A DNA stretch of 64,000 nt. Source: Camelus ferus (taxonomy: Eukaryota). Of the stretch, positions 25,376 through 36,500 are shown piece after piece (positions within the stretch are counted from its first letter, which is position 1; every line of letters begins with the position of its first letter). The notes under the pieces are model-generated. The model was not told the DNA's origin. It saw nothing but the letters and a program-made list of their open reading frames with translations, and did no database searches. The DNA is taken from positions 79,176,001-79,240,000 of the forward strand of contig NC_045696.1 of NCBI RefSeq assembly GCF_009834535.1. The letters are read 5' to 3'. A program made the position numbers and the translations under genes.

Positions 25376-26440
25376 CTTTTTATGCTGAGATAATTTTAGA
25401 CTTAATAGAAGAGTTGCAAAAATAGCAGTTTCCATATATCCCATATATTCCATATATATCCAGGTTCTCTTTATGTTAACAGCTTATATAACCACAGGCC
25501 ATTTATCAAAACTAAGAAATTAACCTGGGTGCCGTACTACAAGTTTTTCCAATTTGTTTTACTAACATATTTTTTTCTGTTTCAGGATCCAGTCCAGAAC
25601 CCTGCATTGCATTTCGTTGTCACATCTCTTGAGTCTCCTCCAATCTCTGACAATTCCTCAGCCTTTCCTTATCTTTTATGACCCTGACACTTTTGAAGAG
25701 TAATGGGCAGTTATTTCATAGACTGTCTCAGGATTTGGGTCAGTCTAATATTTTCTCATGATTGGATTCAGTTTCCTATGTCATTAGGAAAGATACCAGA
25801 GAGGAGATGTGCCCTTCTCAGTGCATGGAATGGAGGTACATTTTATCAATATGTATTGCTGATGTGAACCTTGATCACTTGGTCCATGCAGCACCTGTCA
25901 GGATTCTCTCTTGCAATGCTATTATTTTTCCCTTTGGAATTTCACAGTTTGGCTAGGGGGATTCTTTGAGACTACGCAAATATCCAGTTTCTGTTTAAAC
26001 TTTTACTCACCAGTTTTAGCATCCATCAATGGATCTTGACTAAAGCAGTTACTACTGTGGGGTATAATGGTGATTTTCTTATTTCCCTCATTCTTTCTAC
26101 ATTTATTCACTGGAATTCTTCTCTAGGAAGAGTTGTCACTTCAACCCCATTTATATAATACATTTATCCATTTACGTATTTATGTCAGTATGGATTCACA
26201 GATATTTATTTAAGGTTTTGGGTGTAATTTAAAAAGTATTTATTCACTTATTTTATGTATTTATTTATGCTACTTATTGTGTTGGTTAAGTTTTCTAACT
26301 TTGGCCATTGGTAGCTATTTCGGCTTAGCTTCTATGTCTTTGGATACGCCCCATTTTTTTGTTAAAGCACCTTTTATTTTCTGGCAACCCAAGATGCCCC
26401 AGGCTTATCTTAGTTTTTTTTCTTTGCTCCAGATCTGGCA
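25376..26440 (-). mobile_element. L1MC/MD-type LINE-1 3' end (ancient)
   Basis: ataattttagactt..agaagagttgcaaaaatag..ttcaggatccagtccag..accttgatcacttgg..ctttgagacta are diagnostic antisense L1MC-type 3' blocks. Confidence 0.75.
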
Positions 26441-28270
26441 TCATATAATAGCTTTTAAAAATCACATTATTTTTAGCAATGCTCTGTATTTCTTTCACAG
26501 CGATGTAAATCAACAATATCACTCAAAAAATCTTCAATTATTGTTTAATTTTAGCCCCTTTATTAATTACTCTAAACTGAAAGGTGGTATTTCAATTTTA
26601 TGCATGCAAACACCTGGACGTTATTTTAATAAATTTAGAATACATTAATTCTTGCTAATTTTTAAAACTAAAGTGAAGCTTCCCAAATGTTTAAACGTAT
26701 GAGATATAAATATTTGGTAACTCAGTAATGAAGAGGAAAAAGTATTTTGTAAAATGATTTAACCTGCTCTGATGCACAACCACCACAAATGTGCAGTCAA
26801 AATTACCCACATCCACAGGCGTCATAACCTACTGCTCAAAAATTACACATCTTGTTTCCTCTAAGAACCCCTACCAACTTGACATTTCTTAATATGTTCC
26901 TGCCTTCCAGGGGAATCAATTTGATGTTTCAGCTCTTTAGCACTGGTTACTATACTTAGAAAGTTATCACATTCATCAATCACTAACTTCGGTTTTTAAA
27001 TTTTCTCAGGGATTTTTTGAGAGGCTTTTCAGGTATGTGTTAAGCTTTAAAACTCTTATCTACCCCTACCTTACTCTCTGTAAGCATCTGCTAAATTCTT
27101 ACTGGGTAGGTAGATTTTATTTACAAAGTCCTATCTGAGGTTCTGCCTGTTAATCAAATGAAAATAAGACTGTCATTCTATTAGATAAAATGTTCAATTG
27201 AAATGCTGATCTCCTGTTAGAATTTTAGAAAGGCAGAAGTTCCCTCACATTCAGGGTCTCTATCCTGTTTAATATCATAAAACCAATTAAAAGCATAACT
27301 GTGTAAAAATGTAGGACAATATTAGCAATATTTTTAGACTAATGATTTAAAAACAGAATACTTTCTCATTTAAAAATAATGATGCCTTTTTTTGTTTAAA
27401 ATTGTTTTGAATAGTCTTGCTACATTAATTTTCATTTGCTAGTAGTACAATGTTCAGTATGCTTGTTGTTACTGTCATGTTATTACCTATATTTGCATTG
27501 TATTTCACAACTTTCAATAAATAGTTTTTGCATGTATTATTACACATGATGCTTTAAGCAAATCTCTTCAGAAGGCAGAACTGATTTTTATAAATGAATA
27601 GACCAAGGGTGAAAGAAATTCAATGGACAGTGCAGAGTCAGGACTGAGTATAGATCTTATGAAAGAAGTCTCCAGACGTAGATTTTGCCTGGCAAGTAAG
27701 GTTCAGGTGGGAGTTAGGATTCCAACACATGAATTTTGTGGGGACACATGCAGATTGGAACACAGCTCCACCAAAGCACACATTCCATCAGTGGCCACAC
27801 ACCTTTTAAGCTTTTCTTGCAGGTGGTGGTCATGTCCTGGATGGCAAAGTCTGACTGGGAGTGAGGAAGCTTGTGAAAATTCTTTGCTCTGCTACAGAAC
27901 TACCTGAAGAGGCAAGATTTATACTCTAATACTCCTTTGCCTTTGAAAACCCAAAGCCTGATGACCTGCTAAAATGACTAAAGATGACTGGCTGCATTGC
28001 CTGTAGACCACATCCTCCCTAAACACCTCAAAGTCCATTCATCTAAAAGGGCAGCATCTTAGGGCTTGGGTTAGGTTTTCACTGTCTGGATTCAGGTTGG
28101 TCCCTCCTTCCATCACCTTTCAAAACACTCTACTAGTCACAAAGCAGAACGATCAAGAGCTGGGAAAGATCTTTGCAGATCTATTACTCAAAATGCACAT
28201 CCTATTAAGTAGTCTGGAGTCCCTACCTTTCTTGTACGGTGGCGATCATGCTGTTACTGCTGCTCTGTGA

Positions 28271-28738
28271 CAGGGGTTCATAACTTTGGCCTGTGAACTT
28301 GGATGAGGAAAAATATTACATCTACCATCACTAACCTCATAGAAATTTTGCATTGTGATCCATTTTGAATGCAGACAATAAACCACAGTACTATTAGCAG
28401 GCCTGTGATTCTGTCATCAACAGAAAGCCTAGGTATTTTCACATCACATTATAATTGTTACAGACACGCCAAAATGTTTTTTATGCTCATCACTACTTTG
28501 AAATGATGGTTGCTATTAGATTCACTTGCTAGCGATTGTTAATAAGAATGCCCATCTAATCCTAAACTTTAGAGTAAAAATATTGTGATATTTTGTATTT
28601 CCATATAATTGGTTTTCTTTATAATTTTACATATCTTACTTTATTTGATGCATTGAAAACATTATTCTGAGAAGGGATCCACAGGATTCATCCAGTTGCC
28701 AAAGGAGTCTTATTGAAAAAGGTGTTAGAAATCTCTTC
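28271..28738 (+). mobile_element. Charlie4a-like hAT DNA transposon
   Basis: caggggttc..tgtgaacttggatg..aaaccacagta..catcactactttgaaat..cattattctgagaagggatccacagg..tgccaaagg. Confidence 0.75.
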
Positions 28739-29317
28739 TAAAAGAGAAAGGCTGACAGTCCAGTCACCCTCCGGGGGTGAAGTTAGGAAGTCTCTTGACC
28801 GTCCAGTATCATAAGATAGTCACTGACCAAAGTCTGCATCCAAGAGACAGGATGTGTAGCTGAAGGAAGAAAATGCTATACTTGAAACCAGGTCATGACA
28901 ATTTAAAAAGACTAAGATCTCACAGATGACCAGGACATTCTAACTGACGTGAAACACTACTTCAAAAACATGCACAATATTTGTAAGTATCATTTTTTAC
29001 TGAGAAAAAAAATCACAAAAAACAAAGAGTTTTAAATAATTCCTTGTTTTATATAAATAGGGAACACACACATCTAGAATTACAAATGGCTCCGTCTTTT
29101 AAATTGTTTACTGTCAAAACTTTGAACAGTCCATTTTCATTATACTGATAAAAGTTTTAAAGCATCCACTTTGCTTACAGGCACAATATCTTAAAATCCA
29201 TAATGCATGCATTTTCGTAGCTGGCAAGTAATAACTGAGTTCTTCACATGCCAGGCCCTGCTGACCTCAGGGTTTGGGGACATTTCACAGTAATACAATG
29301 TGGGTGACATCACGTCC

Positions 29318-29380
29318 TCAGACTCTAAGATCTGGTTCACCTCCTCTTTCACCTACTTTTCCTGCATCCTCTTTGTCTCC
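29318..29380 (-). CDS. Candidate terminal coding exon of an unidentified gene (GDKEDAGKVGERGGEPDLRV*)
   Basis: Strong acceptor ctttgtcttttgttctttattgcacag|GGA; purine-rich body; stop at 29318-29320; followed by AU-rich UTR-like sequence with AGTAAA at 28996-29001 and a GU-rich downstream tract. Reading frame not certain. Confidence 0.45.
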   Translation of the reverse strand, partial: GDKEDAGKVGERGGEPDLRV

Positions 29381-29678
29381 CTGTGCAATAAAGAACAAAA
29401 GACAAAGCTGCCAAAGAATGAGGGAGAGTTCCAGACGTTATTCAAGCGAAAGCCCTTTGTGCAGAGAAATAAACTAGATACTTAGTGAGATTATAAGCTT
29501 TAAAACCCACTTCAAAATTTTAGTTTTAGAGAAGCCAAATAAAAGCTAAATACTAAAATCCGTAAATAAGCTGCAGGGCCTCAGAGGGAAAGAAAAGCAG
29601 TCACTCTGGTAACCCTGAAGCCACTCGGGCTCACCCCAAACACTGAAGATCAGGGAACTAACGAGCTTCAGAGGGCTA

Positions 29679-29706
29679 ACACACACACACACACACACAC
29701 ACACAC
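29679..29706. repeat. (AC)14 microsatellite
   Basis: Visible run. Confidence 0.95.
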
Positions 29707-30469
29707 TGAGGTGGACTTTTCCAGAGTAAAAGCAGCAGAAAACCAAATTCCCTTAAAAACAAACAAACAAGAACTTTGTTTCATCAAGACATCATTGGAC
29801 AAATCCAGTGGTCATTTAAGGCTTCTCCCCTCAGGTCCTGCCTGCCCACAGAGATGAAAGGAAGATGGCAGAGAGAGTACAGAAGCCATTTGTAATTCTA
29901 GGTTTTTGGCTTTATTTTAGTTCAGACTATACTGCAGTCTCAATCACATTCACTCAGTCATTAGCACAGGCCCACCCTGGAGACATATTAAAGACCCTTC
30001 CACAGCCCACACCATTCAATTTAGACTAAACAGCCAGTCAGCCAGACTGTCAAATCAAATCATCCCCCTGCCTGTTTACAGTGGACCAGGGGACTCTCCT
30101 GGTGACACCCCCCCACACACAGTCCACCGGAGGCGGGCAGCTTCCCGTGCCTTTGCCCACGTGCTCACACTCTCCTGTCATTCTCCAGCTGAGCTGGCTG
30201 CAGCTAGCCCTGCCTCACCTGGTGCGTCCTCCAACAGTCTTCATTTATTTCAATTATAAACCAGAGATGCCGTTCAATAATTTATTTCTCATGAACTCCA
30301 GGTAACTGCCATGAGTGTTTAAGAATAAAAGGGCCTACAGTTTACAAGCGTCTCATATTTTATTTGAATGTCACCCACTTTTATTTTATTTTATTTTTTT
30401 TATCTCCTAAGCAATGTCCCCAAAGTTCCTGGCTGAATCAAGACAGTAAGTTGTCATTTCACACATTAC

Positions 30470-30517
30470 CTGAAGCAGCAAAGCACGCATGCTCTTGTGG
30501 TCTGTATCGAGAGCACT
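30470..30517 (-). CDS. Candidate 48-nt internal exon (SALDTDHKSMRALLLQ in phase 0)
   Basis: Acceptor tgttgctttttgtctggtag| with an AG-free upstream zone; donor CAG|gtaatg; length divisible by 3; joins in frame to 29380-29318. Confidence 0.45.
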
Positions 30518-31106
30518 CTACCAGACAAAAAGCAACAACAGCAGCAACACGCAGGGCTGACCCAGGTGGGAGCTTGTCCTGGCACGTTATCAGGACTGAG
30601 GTCCAGACATGCCCCTACTGCACCATGTGGTCTGGGCTTCAGATAAACATATATATGCTGAGATCCTAGTAGAACTATACTATCTTTTAGAAAACTAAAA
30701 CCAGTGCTCCATCTCCAACTTGCTTTTTAATTGAGATTGTGATATTTCCATTCAAGCAACACTTACTGAGATCCTCTACGCCAGGCATTTTTGCTAAATC
30801 TTAAGGAAACAAAAATCAAGAAAATCTTTCTGCCTCTGGTGGCTCCACAATGTAAAATCCGCACTGAGTAAACACTGAATTTCACACTCTTTCTTTTCAT
30901 TGAGGGCTAATAGAAGAAACAAGAATCATAAAGATTGTTTCTGTCCCTTTCTAAAAGCTATGTAGTTTCAACTAACTTCCAGCTTGATACATTCTAAAGT
31001 TTACAGCCAGGTAAATCTCTCATCCTGGGTACTCCTTTAATGGACTGTCGGAGCAAGACTAAAACAGTCCCCAGTTTGCATCGAACTGTAGAAACCTCTG
31101 AGTTAA

Positions 31107-31528
31107 GATAGAAAAAGACAAATATCTATGATCTCACCTGTATGTGAAATCTAACAACAAACAAACAAAAACAAACCCAAGCTCATAGGTGGGGGAGTGG
31201 GGTTCAGGAGGTGAGGCAAATGGATGAAGGGTTAAAAGGTTCAAGCTTTCAGTTATAAAATAGGTAAGTCATGAGAAAGTAATGTGCAATATGGACACTA
31301 TAGTTAATACTGTACTGCATATTTGAAAGTTGCTAAGAGAGTAGATCTTACAAGTCCCCATCACAATAAATAAATTCTGTAGCTATGTATGGTGAAGGAT
31401 GTGAACTAGACTTATGACTGTATACATTTTGCAACATACAAATATCGAATCATTATGTTGTACACCTGAGACTAAGACAGTGTTGTATATCACTTGTACC
31501 TCAATAAATACATAAAAACTTAAAAGGA
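31107..31528 (+). mobile_element. L1MA9-like LINE-1 3' end
   Basis: atttgaaagttgctaagagagtagatctt..atcattatgttgtacacctga..ctcaataa; TSD agaaacctctgagttaa (31090-31106) / agaaagctctgaggtaa (31529-31545). Confidence 0.88.
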
Positions 31529-31682
31529 AGAAAGCTCTGAGGTAAATTAAGTACTAAATCTTATCTAAAACCAACATCCAAGTCTCATATATTTTTCTAG
31601 TTCTTTTTAATTTCCCAAGTCGCCTCAAATTAAGCAAGTATTAATTATTTCGACAAATAGTCACGAACCAGGTGAGATATAC

Positions 31683-31688
31683 TTTATT
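31683..31688 (-). promoter_or_regulatory. Candidate poly(A) signal AATAAA for the proximal last exon
   Basis: tttatt on +, about 370 nt downstream (minus sense) of the stop at 32057. Confidence 0.3.
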
Positions 31689-32056
31689 AGGTTTTTGTGA
31701 AGATGTGGTCCCTAATTTCATGGAATTTATAGTTTTGGGTTTTGAAATCAAATATACATACATAAATTTGTTTAAGAATTTGAATTTCAAATAAGATAAA
31801 AATAATGGCAAAATATAATTAGACAACTTAATAACAGGTCTGAAGAGACACAGGGTGATGAGTACAGTAATTACTAGAATTTTTTGATACAAAAATAAGG
31901 ATCTCGGCCAAAACCTAGGAGGACGCTCTGAACAGATTCTCTGATAATCCAGCATGCTACACACGCTGAAATGTATTTGTACTGGTCAGCACTTCCTCTC
32001 TCCCAGCCTCTAGATCTATTGCTGAACATCACAGCTAGCAATGAAGTCAGCCGTGT

Positions 32057-32169
32057 CTAGAATAAAAGACTTTCTTTCAAATGTGTCCTTAATTTATCTG
32101 AATGAGATGCCTCTGCCTGCTGGAATTCTCGATACAGGCTGAAATTGTAATTTGTCCTCTGTCGGGCAT
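32057..32169 (-). CDS. Candidate alternative terminal exon (longest frame xARQRTNYNFSLYREFQQAEASHSDKLRTHLKESLLF*)
   Basis: Strong acceptor tgtttttgtttctgtttgcatcag|ATG; no clear donor; all three frames stop within 113 nt; AATAAA downstream. Confidence 0.35.
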
Positions 32170-35100
32170 CTGATGCAAACAGAAACAAAAACACTAGTCA
32201 AAGAGACAATGAATTAGAGCTTCGTTTGCAATATATAAAACATACATATATATATATATTTAATTCTCTAGAGGCAAGTACAAAAAATGAAAGGCAGAAA
32301 GTGAAAAGATGTGCTCTCTCTCACTGCTGATTTGAGGGCCTCGTCCCACACCAAGGATGCTGTGTTTCCACTGATGTGGACAAGTTAGGTTACTGACCAC
32401 CTGTAAACGCACTTCTTACAGATTTTTTCATCCATTTCCTACTCCAAAAATAGAAAGCGTCCTCTTATGGTAGATCTGGGTATGGATTTAAAGAGAACCT
32501 TCATTTTTCCTTACAATTAAAGGTCACAGGTTTCTGGTGTCCAAGAATAAAACTAAACAACCTTTCCATAGGTCATTAGTTAGCATACATATGCAATCCC
32601 AAATATGATCATCTCGCAAAGTTCAGGATTACTTATCATTTGCATTAAATTTAAGGATTTTCTATAGTACCATTTTTACCTGTAGAACTGGTTTTAAAGA
32701 TATATATTCATTTCTTTGCTGGGAAAATAGCTCATTTTTATCATATACGAGCAACTACTAATTGAAAGGAACTACTCTTATTTCCTCCTAAATCTGATAG
32801 CAATTTCAATAGCAGTGCGTGATTCTGCCATTTAAACTACAAAGTTCAGATTTACTGCTTCTCACCATTTATCTGCACTTAAAAAAAAATAATAGTGTAG
32901 CCAAATGATATCTTCTGCAGTTGGAATTAACTTTTTCTGATCTATTGCTATGTTCCTTAAAAGTCTGAAATATCACTCAGTAAAAATACACTCAAAAACA
33001 TGAAAAAATGACATTTAAGTCTAGAAGAGATAGTGTCTTGTGCTCTTTGAGAATATCCTGATAACTTTTGCCTTTCAGTCCAACTGAGGGTGTTTCCAAG
33101 GTTTTTCTTTTCTTTCTGTTTTCTTCATTCTCTCCTCTTTCTCTCAATCGCTCTCTTCCCCTCCCCCCTCCTTCTCTCTCTTCCTACTTTGCAAACACCT
33201 CATGCAAATATTATGGGTTCAAGCCCAATGGAGGGCCAGGGTAGTGTAAGATGTGGAATATGGTCAATGGAAGACCTGAGGTGCTTGTGAGATCCAAGTG
33301 TTATGTCCCACCAGAACTACCGAATCAGTTTCCTTGGCAATAGGGCCCTGGTAAGTTCACACTTTCACCAAAGTTTGATATGCCTGGTGGAACTTGAGAG
33401 TCACTGCTCTAGACTTTCTTGATGTAAAACTTCTAAGCAGTCAGACTCTGCCTGATTTTGGCTGCATCGTTCTTTTTGCCATAACTGGAGCCATTTTACT
33501 CTCACTCAAAGATGTGAAAACCACAACTAGGAGGGGCAGGAGGGACACAAGAGGTCCAAGTGCCTTTTTATTCACTAACAAGTGAATTGTGGTCAGTATA
33601 ACTTTAGTTTGTGATTTACTGTATTCTGATTGTTTAAAAACAACAATCCAAGTAAATTCTGTATGAGGCCATCCATACCAGAATCTCTGGGTAGCAAAAA
33701 CATGGTATTTTTCAACCTCTGAATGATATCAATATAGACACAATTTTGACTGAACAAATGCAGATAAAACATTTAAAATATTACTGCCTTCAGTACCTTC
33801 CCTTCACTTCTTGGTTACCCAGGCTCCTTACGTGCTCACATCCGCTTTCCCCATACTCACCCACCTACTTCTCTCTCCACTCAGTGACTGGACCCGCAGG
33901 ATTCTGTAACTGCTGGAAAAAAGTTCAGGATTCTCCAATTGTGGCACTTTTACTAACCATTTACCAATTACTGATGTGAAGAGAAAGCTGTAGATATGAC
34001 TTGGATAGAATTTATTTTACTGTAATTGGAAAATAATAGAAAGTTACAGTTTTACAATCCACATTAAAATTCTAAGATACGTAGAAGATCTGGATTCTTG
34101 TCCGTGCAGGGATGAAGGCTTTGGACAGTGAGTTACTTTTTATTAAAATGGCAGTAAGCCACATGAGAACATTCTCCAGGGCTACGGTTGGAATCACTAA
34201 AGCAAGCCCAATTTTCAGTTGAAACAGATGAATCAGTGGCCCACCTCACCTTGAAAAAAATATATATACATAAAAGTATTCTCGGTAACTGAAGTTGAAA
34301 CTTTTCAAACTATCACGTATCTCCATTACCCTACCTCTGCAGGTGATTTTTTTCTAGGAGTCAAATCTGCCTACATTATTAAAACTGGAAGAGTAATTAA
34401 AGTATCCTCCCAACCACCATCACCTGGCAATGGTAAAATACTGTTTTTCACAATGTTCATTATCAGTGGTTGCCTGATAATTCATATTAACTAATATTTT
34501 TGTTTACTAAGAAGCCATGAGGTAAGAGAATATACCTAGATTGTCTGTTTATTTAAAAACTAGTAGACTTTGCTTAACTTTTAGAAAGTAGATTTGTAAT
34601 ATTTGAAAAATAATTATTCAGAAAGTAAATTACCATAAAAATCAGTTTACCTGTCAAAGATAGACAAAGTCTAAACCATTCCCTAAGGGACACAGATTGG
34701 TACTGTCAGTGACCTCGTGCAAAAAAATTTACATTAGCAAATACAGAAAAATACACATTTCTTCTTATCTAAGACATCCTCTTTATTAGACGTATGAACT
34801 CAAGCTATTGGCCAAAATTGCCTCTACATTCTGGTTCAGTACAACAAATACATTTTTCGCTAGGTTGAAACTAAATTTCGGAGACACAATTGACTGCTTG
34901 CTGTGCTGTAATATGATATCATTTCTGTGGATTTTGGTAAGGAGAGGATTGTATTTTAAATTTTATTTGACAGTTTCTATATAAGTCAGTTTTAAGAGTG
35001 CTTAATTGATCACAAAATGATCCTTAATGTGCTGTTCAGATCTTCCTAGCAGCACAGACAGACTGTATTATTGGAAGATAGCACTGTGCCTAAAACAGCC

Positions 35101-36269
35101 ATAAACATTCAAAACTTACAATTCTGAAGGATGTAATTTTCTAAATTTTAACTCTTCTCCATTTTTACCCCTGTGTCCCCATAAAGACATTAGAAATATT
35201 GCACATCTTTCTGGAATAATTTAAACCCTATTATATCTAAGTACAGAAGGATAACTATGCCAAAACATGTGCTGTGTAAGAAACACCACTGCTATATAAA
35301 TCTCCACTGCCATCCAAACAAATACTCTTAAATCAGAAAACATGGCTTTATTGAAAAAGTGGTCTCTTCAGTGGCTATGTGTTAACACAGGCACAACATC
35401 TTCCATGAGATTCCTTTTTGTCTAAAACCAACAAATCAATTGGATGCTGCTGAGGTTTCAGATTTGATATTGACTAAAACTTAGTTGAGAATATAAAATA
35501 AACTCCATGTAAGTCAACTATCAAAGATTCAATTTCTAAAATAGTTTTACTCATAATAAATGATACCAAACATATGCCCATTTTCTCAAAATATACCCAT
35601 CATTAACCTCCCTCTCTATCTATTCATTCATTCATTCACTTATTCATATACAGAGAAACAAACATTAGCTCCTATCAATTATATAATGTAAAAAAATTAC
35701 TATCTATCTAATTACTGTCATTACTGTTTTCAAATGCCTGCTGCCCACCATCAGAAACTCTCAAAGTATTGAGCTGTCTTATTATCTGCTTGCAGAGCAT
35801 TCCACAGAAATATTCTTGCAACCAGGTCTTCCTAAACTACAAAATTACCCTAATGAAAGAACAGATGGCAGGCCCAAGGGAAAGAAGCAGATGTATTCAC
35901 AGGGGCCTCGTTGCTTTAGAGGGGTTTTCTCAACTGTGCGGACCTCCTGCCGCTGTACAAGGCACCTGAAGAGGGAGCCTCCCGCCCCTCGCTGCTCGGA
36001 CTCCAGGACACACGGCTGACGGCATGGACAGCTCTCACTCATTTTTCTAATCAAAATTGTGAAAGAAGGGTCTTGCATTTCTAAGATTCTAGCATCTCAG
36101 TTCTTTGTCATATTTCCTCCCCAGAGAGCCATCTCTCTTCCAGTTTCAAATTTACACCCTGTCATTCATTTTGAAGCATACATAATGTCTAATACCACAT
36201 TGAGGGTCACCCTTCCAAGAGGCATCTGTATTTCAAAATATCAAAGCCCCATGTTTCAGATGTAGGGCA

Positions 36270-36500
36270 AAGTGTCTGGAGTCAAGCTACCTGAATTTCA
36301 GCTTCAGAACCTCCACGTCCCAGCAGGCTTTCCTTGATCACGTTTCTCCATTTCTCTCTGCCTCGGGCTGTCCTTTGTAAGCCTGCAAATCTAACAGTAC
36401 CTCTCTTAGAGGGATGTGCTCAGGAATAAACCTAGTGTATGTAAAGCACTTAGAATGGTTCCCAGCACATTATATGTCCAAAAAATGTTGGCTATAATGA
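36270..36500 (+). mobile_element. MIR SINE
   Basis: tctggagtca..ctctctgcctc..aacagtacct..atgtaaagcacttagaatggttcccagcaca..aatgttggctat. Confidence 0.75.
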
